Below, piece by piece: positions 1 to 13,242 of a stretch of 43,306 bases of DNA. How positions within the stretch are numbered: position 1 is the stretch's first letter; each line of letters begins with the position of its first letter. The stretch lies in the NCBI GenBank assembly GCA_013239625.1, contig MU053416.1, positions 3,122-46,427 of the forward strand, given 5' to 3'. Position numbers and translations under genes: made by a program. Under the pieces are notes generated by a model. That model worked only from the letters and a program-made list of their open reading frames with translations. It had not been told where the DNA came from and did no database searches. This DNA comes from Lama guanicoe. Lineage: Eukaryota.

Positions 1-389
1 GCCTTGGGACCACACTGAGCATTTAGAGACATCTAGGCTTTAAAATGTGAGTGAAATACAGTATCAAGGGAGAATTAATCCTATTACTGGCTTTCAGCTA
101 TAAGAAAAGCATCCAGGCACTCGGTTCTTTTCATTGAAATTCATGAATTTCAGCCAGAGAATTGATAAGAATTTAAATATCTTTATGACCAATTAATTGG
201 TTTACAGTGAATAGTTGATAAACACTAGAACTCAAAATTAAATGTGCACGTTAAATGGATGGTGAAATACAAATTTAAGATTTGAAAACAACTATCAAAT
301 ATTTTAAAATGCTGATACAATTATGAAGGAAATGGTATATTTAGGTTAATGCAAATTGATCTAGTCCTTTTAAGAAACAGTATAGTATC

Positions 390-760
390 AAGAACTATGA
401 AAATCTTCATGTACTTTGAGCAGACCACCTCACTCTTTGGAATTTCATTCATTGAATTAACCAAAAAGAAGCTTCAAGTATGACAGTGTTCAGTTCAATG
501 CTATTCATATGTGAATCTGTGAACAACTCTTTCCAAAAAGAGGGTTGTTAAACAAATGATGATCTGCTAATTGAGTAAACATTGAGTAACCATCATAATT
601 GCATTGTGTGAACATTACAAATTGGAAGATATAAAAATGTGTGTACTTCCAAGCTTTGTAATGGGAGCAGGTTACAAAAGTACATGTTTCCTCATGATCA
701 TTATGTGCACATATGTATATATACTTTAGAATGATTTTTAAACACTATTTAACAGATGAT
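390..760 (+). mobile_element. Possible very old L1M 3' fragment
   Basis: Weak similarity only (aaaatcttcatgtactttga...cactctttggaattt; gtgttcagttcaatgctatt). Confidence 0.3.
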
Positions 761-1043
761 GGTGCTAGGTATAAGAGACACAAAGATGAAAAGATACAAT
801 TCCTGCTCACATGGAGGGTCAATCCAACTGGAAGTAGCCATGAGAACAACTGGAAAAGTGTAGTAATTCACAAAATGCCACTGGAGGACAGGAGGACCCT
901 GTGAGTTGACCAGAGACTCCAGGGAAGTCTTCATAAAAAGCAAAGATCTTTATATGGACAAAATGTGAAAGATATTGTAGGGAAAAGAAATCAGCTATAA
1001 AAAAGTGTAAGTATTAGAAATGACTTAACATTTAAAAACATAT

Positions 1044-1175
1044 GTATTGAGATTTAATTCATATACCATAAAACTCACCCTTTTAAAGCATATATTCCAG
1101 TATTTTTTTAGGATATTCATGCAAACATCATCACAATCTAAGTTTAAAACATGCTTATCATCACAAAGAAAAGTC
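1044..1175 (-). mobile_element. Probable old L1M 3' end, antisense
   Basis: tattgagatttaattcatataccataaaactcacccttttaaag is typical of reverse L1MA/MB termini. Confidence 0.55.
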
Positions 1176-2660
1176 ATATTTTTGATCTTTCAAATTTCTT
1201 CCAAAGTTCAATGTTTTTATAATAAAGAATCAAGGTGTCAAGACAGAAATCTTTCATGTCTGCAAATGTGTGGAAGTTTTTCGTTGCTTGTGAAACAGAC
1301 CACAAGCATATCATGTCTTTAACTTTTAATTTTATTAGTGACACGGTAAATAGGTACATGAAAACCTTCACACATATCTATACATGCATTTAAATAAAAC
1401 AAGAAGAGAGTTCAAAATTTGGGGCTTCAGTGATGAGTAGCTCATGTTGTTTACTTTATAAAAATCTCCAAGTTTATAAAACTCGATTTGCCATTTTTTC
1501 CCACATATGAGAAACCAGCTGCAAGAGCTTCAAAAGGCATACCTGAAATAGAGATAGATTCTAAGAAAGGCACAGCACATGGTGAATTACAAAAGTGATT
1601 GGCTTTATATGAGAAGTAGATTCACTCAGTGCTTTGTTGGAATATTCTGCAGGTGGAGGGAGAACTCAAGAACTAAAGACTGGATGGTCCACTTGACCTC
1701 AGTTATGTACCCCCTTCCTCCCTTTGCTTCCACATCTGAAGTGACAGAGAGGGCCATGGTGTGCTTTGATGGCCCTCTGTGAAATGCTTGAGGGTAGCAG
1801 TTCCTGTCTCTCTAGAGGGCAACACTTTTGACTGAGACTGTGAGGATGGTGTAGTTTGCCTTTGAAGCCATAATACTTTGCCCTGTTCTGGATTTCAGTC
1901 TTAATTCTGCCATCTGAAGTTTCCTCCACATGTCTGTTTGACCTGACTCAGAGGGTCCTAAGCCTTAAGAGTTTTGAGTTCCTTCACAAAGCTTAGCTTT
2001 AAAAGCAACAGGTGCTTTTTTTCAGGGATCTTTTATGATCAAAATTTTGAGGGGCTATTATCTCTTGGCCCAAAGTAGGGCATTATTTTGAGAGCTAGGG
2101 CATTATTTGGGGGCAGAGAGACCCATCTGGATGATCCCATTGGAGAGACATCCCTCTAATCATATGATAGAAGTGGCCACCTCCCTGTAAAACCAATTCT
2201 ACCCAGACAACTGACATCAAAGTCTCTCAGATGCTGCTGTAGGACTCTCAAGCTGTTTGAAACACATACAGTTTTCACCTACTGTCAGCCACACATGCTG
2301 GGAGCCAGATTTCTGCTCCCAACAGCCTCAAAACTGCTACCACCATGGGATTTAATTCACAAGCAGGTAGAATATAAACTGTCCAGAGTATTTGTCCATG
2401 TGACTTTCATTCGTCTCCAAAGAAGTTCTGCAGCTGTAGCCAAATGGCTTGTATCCAGGTTAAGACATGACCAAACATTTAGTCTGAGTTTTGCTCACCT
2501 TTCAAATCAAGTGAGATTGTTAAAATTGAGATATATATTTTCCAATTGCTTTGTAAACTTAAGGATTTTGGTCTACTTGTTCTATCGTAAAATTTGTTCA
2601 GCATCTCTTCAATAATAATTTTTCATGATCATTAAAAGGATACAAAACTATGCAGACTTT

Positions 2661-2677
2661 ATAAATTTGTCTGGTCA
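2661..2677 (+). repeat. 5' target-site duplication ATAAATTTGTCTGGTCA
   Basis: Identical 17-mer at 10800-10816. It abuts the L1 5' end and is preceded by TTT (TT|ATAAA, close to the L1 endonuclease TT|AAAA site). Confidence 0.92.
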
Positions 2678-4275
2678 GGAAGAGGAGGCCAAGATGGTGG
2701 AATAGAAGGACTCTCATAGCTCACTGTCCCCCACAAATGCACCAAGACTCATCCACAGACCCACTCAACCAACCAGAGCACCTGTGGAACTCCGACAGAA
2801 CATTGTCCTCTTCAAAAGATAGAGACACCAAAAATCTGGTAGGAGAAAAGGAAAAAAGAAAGAAGAAAAGACAAAACAGAGAGGGATGGGTCCCGCCCAG
2901 AGGGAGCGGCAAAGGAGGACTGGCGCTTGCTCGCTGGGACTTCCCTCTCCAACCGAGAGGCCAGAGGGTTAGAGGGGGAGCCTTCAAGGCTCAGATTTGT
3001 ACAGAGCAGCCCTTGACTTACAGAACTAAGTTAAACGGGCACAGAGGGTCCCTGTGACACCCAACCCGAGACGCGGGCTGGCAGCTGGGGTTAGGGTCAG
3101 GCCACCCGAGCTGGGCAAAGGATGGGGATGGCTGCACTGAGGCAGCCCTGGGGGACTGCAGGGGCTGTGTGCTGTGGCTGTGGGTGCACAGAGCAGAACC
3201 ACCTGGGCCCTCCATGAAACAACATGGCTGATGTGCCCTGGGGGGAAAGGTGCATGCCCCCATCTCTGAAAACCCTCGGAAAGTTTTTGGGGGAAGAGAG
3301 GCGGGGCTCAGGCACAGCAGCCATGTCCTTCGGCGCTGAGCATCCAGGCGGGGGCGGGGGCGAAACCTGCACCAGCACCGAAGGGCTCAGCAGCCTCAAA
3401 GGCCAGACGGAGACTTGTCTACAGCCGGAGGCAGATAGAAGTCTTCTGTCCTGGTCCCTCAGAGAACTTGCTCCGCCAAGATAAACAAGGAGCTGGGTTC
3501 TGGCCCAGAGCAGGGACAGGGATGTTCCTCAGTCTTCCCCGAGCCCGCCGGTGGAGCGCCGACCAGGGCGGAGCGCGCAGCCGCACAGAGCAGCGGAGCT
3601 ACCGGCGGCGCAGGTAGAGGGAGAGCGGTCCCCCACCTGTAGGGCAGGAACACAGCCCCTGACCGAGGTGCTGGGAGGGGGCATGACCCGCCCTCCTGCC
3701 TGGCCAGTCTGCAACATCTGACTGCGGCATCCGGAGGGGCAGTGACCCGCCCGCCCGCAGCAGAGGAGAGCTGCACCTGACCCAGTGTTGGGAGGAGGCA
3801 CGATCTGCTTGCCAACAGGCACTGGGAGCAGCACAGATGAGGGCGCCAATGGAGGGCCTCTGGAAACAGCAAGCTGGAGCTTCCAAAACAGGACGAAGAC
3901 AGACTTCACATTAAAACACACATTCTCCAGGAGAACACCCCCCCTTTTTTAAAAAAAAATCTGTTTTCCCTGTTTTATTTTCTATTACCCTTTCAATTTT
4001 TACTTCTTAAACAATTATATATACCCTAATTTTAATCCCTTTAAACTTTAAAAAAAATATTTTTATTATTATTATTTTTAAAAATTCTGCTTCAACTTGT
4101 TCTTCTATTATTCATTATACACTGTTTTAAAACCTTTTTTCCTCCCTTCTTTTAAAATTCTCTCTCTCTCTTTTTTCTTTTCTAAGTTTTATTCCTACAT
4201 AGGCATTAGATAGATAAACACCTTAAGGACCATAATAGATAACTGATACTCCATAAACCACAGTGCCAGAGAGGT
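2678..4275 (+). promoter_or_regulatory. L1 5'UTR with internal Pol II promoter
   Basis: CAAGATGG (YY1-type motif) at ~2690. GC/CpG-rich block at ~3290-3800, then an AT-rich block ahead of ORF1. Confidence 0.75.
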
Positions 4276-5171
4276 TTGAGCAAGATGAAGCAGAGAAACC
4301 ATTCTCAATTAAAAGAACAAGAGAAATCTGAAAGAACGATCAATGAAGTAGACATTGCCAGGCTACTAGACCAAGATTTCAAAAAAGGAATGATCAAAGT
4401 ACTGAAGGAACTAAAAGAGATAGTGTTTAGAAATGAAAATATGTCAAAAATGAAATTGAACCTATAAAGAAAAACCAAGTAGAATTGGTAAACTCATTGG
4501 CTGAGATCAGGAATGATATAAAGGCTTTGTAAAGCCGACTAGATAATGAAGAGGAACGAATTAGTGACCTAGAAGACAGGACAATAGGAAGAACCCAATC
4601 AGAAGAGCTACAAGATAAACAAATAAAAACAAATGAAAATAGCATAAGGGACCTATGGGATAATATAAAGCATCCCAATCTTTGCATAATAGGGGGTCCC
4701 AGAAGGGGAAGAAAGATCAAAGGGGATTGAAAAGGTTTTTGAAGAAATCATGACTGAAAACTTCCCAAACTTAAAGAAGGAATCAGATATCCAAGTACAG
4801 GAAGCTCAGAGGGTCCCAAACAGGAAAAATCTAAACAGACCTACACCAAGACATATCATAATTAAGATGGCCAGAGTCAAGGATAAGGAAATTATCCTAA
4901 AGGCAGCAAGAGAAAAGCAAAGAGTGAGTTACAAGGGAACCCCCATAAGGCTCTCAGCTGATTTCTCTACACAAACACTACAGGCCAGAAGGGAGTGGCA
5001 AGATATATTCAAAGCCCTGAATGAAAAAAAGATGCAGCCTAGGATACTTTATCCAGCAAGGCTATGCTTTAGGATAGAAGGAGACATAAAGAATATCACA
5101 GACAAGAAAAAGCTACAAGAGTTTAGCACACTAAACCCATGCTAAAATAAATATTGAAAGGTCTACTCTAA
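4276..5171 (+). pseudogene. L1 ORF1p (RNA-binding chaperone), frameshifted
   Basis: ORF track 4276-4467 and 4750-5145 contain ENFPNL, QEAQRVP, PRHIIIK, ILKAAREK, GTPIRLSADFS, ARREW and ILYPARL. The start codon reads TTG. There are frameshifts near 4440 and 5130 and internal stops. Confidence 0.95.
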
Positions 5172-5569
5172 ATAGAAAAGCAGCAGGATGCTACAGAAAT
5201 GAGGAATTCACAACTGTAAAGGTGATAACTCATGAATTACAAATAAAATAAACACAAAATTATAAAAGAAGACATACAAATCATTGAAAGTGGAAGAGGG
5301 AGGAAGGAAAATATAGAATTTTTTCTTTTTTAAATTTTTTGTTCTCGGTAGGATGGGTTTGAGATCATGTTACTATCAGTTTAATAAAAACAGTTATAGT
5401 AATGGGTTAATAGACTTCCAAAAAAAGGTAACACAAGCCAAAAACTTACAAGGGAGTTACAAAAACTAAATAAAATCCATGATAATACAAAGGAAAATTA
5501 ACAAACCATAAAAGGAAGAAGAAAGGAAAAAAGAGGAAATACCAAATCAACTGCAAAGATAAGTTCAAA

Positions 5570-8500
5570 ATGGCAATAAACACACATCTGGCATTAATTA
5601 TTGTAAATGTTAATGAATTAAATGGTTCAGTCAAAAGACATAGAGTGGCAGACTGGATAATAAAGAAAGAACCTTCAATACGCTGCATACAAGAGACCCA
5701 CTTTAGGGAGAAGGATACATATAGATTGAGAGTGAAAGGATGGAAAAGGATATTCCACGCAAATGGAAAAGCCAAAAAAGCACATGTTGCAGTACAGATT
5801 TCAGACAAAATAGACTTTAAAACAAAGACCATAAAGAAAGATAAACTAGGACATTTTATAATGACTAAAGGAGTGATACAAGATGAGGATATTACACTCA
5901 CTAATATATATGCACCCAATATAGGAGCACCTAAGTACATAGAACAATTACTAACAGAGATAAAGGGGGATACTGAAGGGAATACAATCATAGGTGGAGA
6001 TTTTAACACCGCATTAACATCACTAGACAGGTCTTTCAGACAGAAAATAAACAAGGCAACAGAGAAATTAAATAATACAATAGAAAAATTAGATTTGGTG
6101 GATAATTTCAGAGCATTACACCCCCCCAAAATAGGATACGCATTCTTTTCAAGTGCACATGGAATATTTTCCAGGATTGATCATGTACCTGGGCACAAAA
6201 GAAACCTCAACAATTTTAAGAAGATAGAAGTTATCTCAAGCATCTTTACTGACCACAATGCCATGAAACTAGAAATCAACAAGAGAGAAACAAAGGAGAA
6301 CAAAAGGAAGGCATGAAGATTAAACAATATGTTATTAAAAAACAATGGGTCAATGAGGAAATCAAAGCTGAAATTAAAAAATATCCTGAGAGAAATGACA
6401 ATGAAAGCACAACCACAGAAAATGTATGGGACACAGCAAAGGCAGTGCTAAAAGGGAAGTTTATAGCAATAGAGGCCTTGCTCAAAAAAGAACAATCTCA
6501 AATAAGCAATCTAACCCACCAGCTGAATGAACAAGAGAAAGAAGAACAAAAATCCCAAAAAGGCAGCAAAAGGAAGGAAATTATAAAGATTAGGGAGGAA
6601 ATAAGTAAAATACAGGTTAAAAAGACCATAGAAAAATCAACCAAACCAAAAGCTGGTTTTTTGAAAAAGGAAATAAAATCGAGAAACCTCTGGCCAAACT
6701 CACAAAGAATAAAAATGAGAGAGCACAAATTAGCAAAATAAGAAAGGATTATGGTGAAATTACAAGAAATAAAATAGAAATACAGATTAGCATAAGAAAG
6801 TATGAAAAACCATATGGAAACAAACTCGATAACCTAGAGGAGATGGACAAGCTTCTGGAAACATACTGTGCACCAAGACTGAATCAAGAAGAAACTGAAC
6901 ACTTGAACAAACCGATCACTTGAAATGAAATCAAATTAGCAATGAAAAACCTCCCTACAAATAAAAGTCCAGGACTGGACAGCTTCACTGGGGAATTCTA
7001 CCAAACACACAAAGAAGAGCTCATACCAGTCTTTCTCAAACTCTTCCAGAAGTTTGAAAAGGGTAGAATACTCCCAAACTCATTCTATGAAGCCACCATC
7101 ACCTCGATACCAAAACCAGGCAAAGACACCACCAAAAAAGAGAATTATGGGCCAATATCACTGATGAACATAGACGCCAAAATCCTTACCAAAATATTAG
7201 CAAATAAAATCCAACAACACATAAAAAAGATTATGCATCATGACCAAGTGGGTTTCATCCCAGAGACGCAAGGGTGGTTCAACATATGCAAATCAATCAA
7301 TGTAATACATCCCATCAACAAGAGAAAGAAAAAAAACACATGATCATCTCAATCGATGCAGGAAAAGCATTTGATAAAATTCAACACCCATTTATTATAA
7401 AAACTCTCACCAAAGTTGGTATAGAGGGAACATATCTCAACATCATAAAAGCTATATATGACAAACCTACAGCCAGCATAGTATTCAATGGTGAAAAATT
7501 CAAAAGCTTCCCACTGCAATCTGGGACAAGACAAGGGTTTCCACTATCACCACTCCAATTCAACATAGTCTTGGAAGTCCTAGCTATAGCACAGAGAAAT
7601 AAAAGGGATCTAAATTGGAAAAGAAGAAGTAATTTTCACTATATGCCAATGACATGTTACTATATATCGAAAACCCTAAAAGGTCCACACAAAAGCTACT
7701 AGAGATGACTGAAGAATTCAGCAAAGTAGCAGGTTACAAAATTAACGTTCAAAAATCAGTTGCATTTCTTTTCACTAACGATAAATCAACAGAAAAAGAA
7801 AGTAAAGAAACAATCCCCTTCAAAATAGCACCCAAAGTAATAAAATATCTGGGAATAAATCTAACCAAGGAGGTGAAAAAATTATACACAGAAAACTATA
7901 AACCATTGATGAAGGAAATTAAAGAAGACTTTAAAAAATGGAAAGATGTTCCATGCTCCTGGATTGGAAGAATCAATATTGTTAAAATGGTCACACTGCC
8001 CAAGGCAATCTACAGATTTAATGCAATCCCTATCAAATTACCCAGGACATATTTCACAGAACTAGAACAAACCATAATAAAATTTATATGGAACCATCAA
8101 AGACCTGAAATTGCCAAAGCATTTCTGAAGAGAAAGAAAGAGGCTGGAGGAATATCTCTCCCAGACTTCAGACAATACTATAGAGCTACAGTCATCAAGA
8201 CAGCATGGTATTGGTACAAAAATAGACATACAGACAATGGAACAGAATAGAGAGCCCAGAAATGAACCCACAAACTCTTGGTGAACTAATCTTCGACAAA
8301 GGAGGCAAGAATATACAATGGAATAAAGACAGCCTCTTCAGCAAATGGTGTTGGGAAAACTGGACAGCAGCATGTAAAATAAGCTAGAACACTCCTTACA
8401 CCATACACAAAAATCAACTCAAGTTGGATCAAAGTCTTAAACATAAGACAAGATACAATAAACCTCCTAGAGGAAAATATAGGCAAAACATTATCTGACA

Positions 8501-9323
8501 TACATCTCAAAAATTTTCCCCTAGAAGAAGTAAAATCAAGAATAAACAAAAGGGGCCAAAAGAAAGTTACAAGCTTCTGCACAGCAAAGGATACCAGAAG
8601 TAAAACAGGAAGAAAACCTAGGGAATGGGGGGAAATTTTTGCTAATGGAACCGACAAAGGCTTGATCTCCAGAATATATAAGCAACACATGCAACTCAAT
8701 AAGAAAAAAATAAACAGCCCAATCCAAAAATGGGCAGAAGACCTAAACAAGCAATTCTCCACGGAAGACAGAGAAATGATCAATAGGCACACGAAACAAT
8801 GCTCAATATCACTAATTATCAGAGAAATGCAAATCAAAACTACAATGAGGTATCACCTCACACCAGTCAGAATGGCCATCATTCAAAAATCCACAAATGA
8901 CTAATGCTGGAGAGGCTGTGGAGAAAAGGGAACACTACTTCACTGCTGGTGGGAATGCAGTTTGGTACAGCCACTGTGGAAAATTGTATGGAAATTCCTC
9001 AAAAGACTAGGAATAGACTTACCATACGACCCAGGAATCCCACTCATGGGCATATATCCTGAAAGAACCCTACTTCAGGATGACACCTGCACCCCAATGT
9101 TCATAGCAGCATTATTTACAATAGCAAAACTTGGAAACAACCTAAATGTCCATCAACAGGTGATTGGACAAAGAAGAGCTGGTATATTTATAGAATGGAA
9201 TACTACTCAGCCATAATAACTGACAACATAAAGCCATTTGCAGCAACATGGATTCTCTAAGTGAAGTAAGCCAGAAAGAGAAAGAAAAATACCATATGAG
9301 ATCACTCATATGTGGAATCTTAA
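5570..9323 (+). pseudogene. L1 ORF2p (endonuclease, reverse transcriptase, C-terminal domain), fragmented
   Basis: Endonuclease motifs NVNELN, IQETH, NIYAPN, GDFNT, SRIDH and TDHN (5570-6316). RT motifs [25 protein letters not shown] and GTRQG.PLSP, with YADD read as YAND at 7642-7653. C-terminal YLGINL and WIGRINIVK. Many frameshifts and stops. Confidence 0.97.
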
Positions 9324-9925
9324 AAATAAAAGCATAAATACAAAACAGAAATATACTCACAGATATATAATATAAACTTGTGGTTGCCAAGGGGGTGGGG
9401 GGTGTGAAGAGATAGACGGGGATTTCAAAATTGTAGAATAGATAAACAAGATTATAGTGTATAGCACAGGGAAATATAATACAAGATCTTATGGTAGCTT
9501 ACAGAGAAAAAATTTGAAAATGAATATATACATGTTCATGTATAACTGAAAAATTGTGCTTTACACTTGAATTTGACACAACATTGTAAAATGACTGTAA
9601 ATCATTTAAAAATTTTAAAATGAAAAAAATTAAAATGAATAGGGCAGTCAGTGATCCTTTTTAGTGATGGACATTTAGATAATTTCCAGAGATAGGAAAA
9701 AGAAAAAACCTATTACATCAATGAATCTGGAATATGTTTTAAAGAGAACATGGCTTTTAAATTGATATTTTTCTTTTGAATGTGTATCATAAATTAATAT
9801 GAGCATGTATTAAAACATAAAGTAAGCAGATCTTTTGACACTGATACATCATTGCTGAAAACTTATTAGGAAAAATAAACGTATATGTGTCTAAAAGAAA
9901 CTTTACAGGATGAAATTAGACATAC

Positions 9926-10705
9926 TGTATTAGAGTTCTCTACAGAGACAAAGCCAATAGGATCTACATCTATCTGACTGACTATATATACATACCCTAT
10001 GTGTATATATATATATATATATATCTTTTATTCACTGTTTAAGGTTTATTTGTTGTTTTAGCTGATATAACACTTGGATAGTTGGCTGCAGTATTCCTGT
10101 AAATTTTTCTTTTTACGTTACATTGCCATGTACACTGTACTGATACATATAGTACAGGAAATAAGATTCTTTAGAACAGCTATACGCAAGACATGCAATA
10201 ATGGATTCATATATTGGATCCCAGGATGTGATTAATCGAAGGAAAAGAAAAAGTCGGACTAGTCATCTTCGCTAAAGGAACCAGAAGTTACATAACACAC
10301 TGTAAAAACATATTTTATCTACCTACGTATTTTTACCGAAAGATAGAAAGAGGGAGAGTTTTTAAGGAATCGGCTCATGTAATTGTGGAGGCTGGCAAAA
10401 GGCAAGTCCGAAATCTGCAGGGTAGATGGATAGGCTGGATGTCTGAGAAAGAACTGATGTTTCAGCTTGAGTTTGAAAGCTGTCTGGAGACAGAATTCCC
10501 TCTTCCTTGGGGGATGGATGTCTTTTTCTCTGAAAGCCTTCAACTTTCACATTATGAAAGGTCACTTGCTTCACTCAAAGTCTACTGATTTAAATGTTCA
10601 TCTTATTTTAAAAAAATACCTTCACAGCAACGTGCAGCCTGGCATTTGACCAAATCTCTGGGTATGGTGGCCTAGCCAAGTTGGCACATCAAATTAACCA
10701 CCCCA
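9926..10705 (-). mobile_element. MLT2-type (ERV-L) solo LTR inside the transduced segment
   Basis: Plus strand reads tgtattagagttctc...ccaatagga, (AT)n, taaggaatcggctcatgtaattgtggaggctggc and ggcctagccaagttggcacatcaaattaacca. This matches the reverse complement of the MLT2 consensus as recalled. Confidence 0.8.
10005..10024. repeat. (AT)n microsatellite
   Basis: About 10 AT units seen directly. Confidence 0.9.
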
Positions 10706-10799
10706 ATGAGCAAACAATGTCATTTCAAAAATACCAAGCCCATTTCACTTACTATTTTTAAAGGGACCAGGTCAAAAAAAAATTTTTAAATAAATAAAA

Positions 10800-10816
10800 A
10801 TAAATTTGTCTGGTCA
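10800..10816 (+). repeat. 3' target-site duplication ATAAATTTGTCTGGTCA
   Basis: Identical to 2661-2677 and immediately follows an A-rich tail (10774-10800). Confidence 0.92.
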
Positions 10817-13242
10817 AATTTTACTTTAAAAATGATAATTTTGCATACAGTTATGGATTATTTACAAAGGTTTTAAACATCAAGTTTCTGTGATGGTAAA
10901 ATTCAAGATGGGAAAATAGCTTAAACAAAAATTATTTTCCAAAGTTGTATATTATAAAGGTTTACAATAAAAGTAAATAGTAAAGGTGGAATAAGCAATC
11001 TAAATAAAATCCTTAGTAATCCATTTTCTAGGTTTATCTCACATCTACTCAACTTTATATTTCCTCCTATTTATGTTTAACATCTTCTGTGTAATTTGAG
11101 GTATAGTAGAAAAATAAGTATGGACTCTCAAGCTAATTATTGGTGCTGATTCTTATAGATATTAAAAATAATATGCTTACCCATATTAAGTTACTTTAAA
11201 ATTAATGGGCTCTAGAAATTTTACCATTAGTTTTAAACAACACTTAAGTTCAAGAGTCCATTGAAATTTATATATTGCTAATGAAGTCAGTGGAAAGATT
11301 TTTTTTTTTTGTAAAACAAAATAAAATGCAAATTTTTGCAAAGCTAAATTAAGTAGGTGTGAGTCTCTGGGAAGTGTGGAAAAATAAGTTCAGATAGGAG
11401 TCAGCAAGGTATTAAGTGAAATGTTCTTCTAATACTGATTTGATTTTCCTTCATGCTGTCTAAATCTTGAAGAAGTTTTGTTTAGTGATGTACTCTGCAC
11501 AAGATGTTTATCTCAGAAAGAAACTTGGTGAGTACTTTTGAAAACCAGCAAAACAACTCTTAATTCCCAAATGCTCTAGAGTATCAGCCTAGAGCCATGG
11601 AAAATCAATCAATCAATCATTACCCTCACTTACGTAGGCAATCTTTGTGGTTTCCAAAGTACTTTCACAGTACCAACAGCATAGGATTGTCTCCCTGAGC
11701 TGTAACATCCTTATAAATGTTTGTTTTCCAGATGGAGGTGTCAAATAGTTTGTTGGATACAATAGTGTTGGAAGGTTCTTTCATCATCACTTTCTAAATT
11801 CTATCCTAATTCAGATATTTCATCTTTTAGACTTCAGTTGGATTTTCCTGGAAATTAACCTCAATTCTCATACCCATTGCAAAGTGTCAAAGTGACTGAA
11901 GTAAAAGACATCTTCCACTATTGCAGACTTCTTCTGTAGCATTGAGGATGCTTCCTTTTCCAAAAGTGTAATTGGGATCTGTGGCAACTTCTCAGAGCAC
12001 AGTGTAGATGAGGTGATACTTTACACAGCCTTTCCATTTCTTAGAACACTGGCAAGTACAGGAAATCTTTGTTGAACCCTCATGATCCTGTTTTTTTTTT
12101 TTTTGCACTGAACCAGTGTTTGAGTTTTTGGGTTTTTTTATTTTTGTTTCTTTGTTATTTTGGTTTTCTTTTACATCTATCAGGGGCTTTCTCATTTATC
12201 AACTGCTCACTGTCATTCATATCATCTTGAAAAGTTCTTGCTCTGTCAAAGAATTCACACTATAAAAGAGAGAAATAAGCTATCATATCAGGCTGTTCTA
12301 GGAATTTGTGAAACCCCTTATTCTAAGAGTTTTCACTTGAGATGTTTCTTAAGGAACTTAGTGCTCCACGAGTATCATCTGCCCAATTCTCCAAATTAAG
12401 AAGTGAAAGCAGTGTGCTCTTTACCTGAAGAGTGGAATTCATTGCATGTGCAGTGTTCATGTTCTTCCCACCATGTCATGGTGGTAGGAGAACTTTCCTT
12501 TTATATAAACCACTTATGGACCTTGTATAGTTTTCTAGGACTACAGTAACCTGGCCCAAGTCTTCCCTCTCTGCTTTTCTGCATGTTTTCTGGAATCAGA
12601 AGAAATGCTAACCAGGGAATGGAGATTCCTGAGTGTACTGTAAGCTTTCTTGGGGTGGACTAATGGAATAATTGAGGAGATGCTTTCATCTCTCTCTGCA
12701 CTTGGTGGAACTCAAAAAATAGAGAAAATTAGATTGGTCCTTTATTTCAATATCAGAATGTCTTAGTGATTTTTTTTGAAAGATCAACGATCAACTCAGG
12801 GGAGAGGTGATTCTAGAATCTTTTTTCCTGAATGTCACATGGGTATTTTGTCTAGGAGAATATGACTTTTCCTTGAAACCTAGAATCTTAATTCTTTCTT
12901 ACCATTTCTTAGGGTGAAATCCCACTTCATTTAAGTTTGACTTATAACTGTGTAGTCATCTTTCTTTTGTAGGACTAGTACAGTATTTTTTCAATGGCTG
13001 CATATTGTTGTATCATTTATGAACATAAAGTTACTAGGGATGACCAATACAAAAGTCTATTTTTAAAGGTAGACTATACAACAGACTGTGTGGGCTCAGG
13101 CTGGTAAAAAACAGCTGATAATGATCAGAAAAGCCATTATTTAACTCAGAAGGCAAGATTTTTTCAGGTTATTAAGCATGCCCCATTTTTATTCAAAATA
13201 CACTATGATTTTGGAGAACCAAAGCAAAATCAGTTAACAAAG

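Larger units (their letters stand above)
2678..9640 (+). mobile_element. Full-length LINE-1 retrotransposon, decayed (probably a camelid L1 family)
   Basis: Starts GGAAGAGGAGGCCAAGATGG, a typical L1 5' end, directly after the TSD. Followed by a CpG-rich 5'UTR, ORF1 and ORF2 remnants in the correct order, a G-rich 3'UTR tract (gggggtggggggtg, ~9391) and an A-rich end at ~9608-9638. Confidence 0.97.
9641..10799 (+). other. L1 3' transduced segment plus second poly(A) tail
   Basis: Non-L1 sequence lying between the L1 3' end and the A-rich tail/TSD. Confidence 0.85.

Noticed and set aside
2721..3921. Cluster of overlapping ORFs on both strands
   Set aside because: Expected by-product of the GC-rich L1 5'UTR. 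No recognisable protein, and no basis to call an ORF0 equivalent.
5172..5569. ~400-bp L1 inter-ORF spacer as a novel insertion
   Set aside because: Long spacers occur in non-primate L1 families, and there is no TSD or other sign of a secondary insertion.
5446..6129. 227-aa antisense ORF, and similar antisense ORFs at 8286-8837 and 24309-24632
   Set aside because: Antisense shadows of A-rich L1 ORF2, a common artefact.
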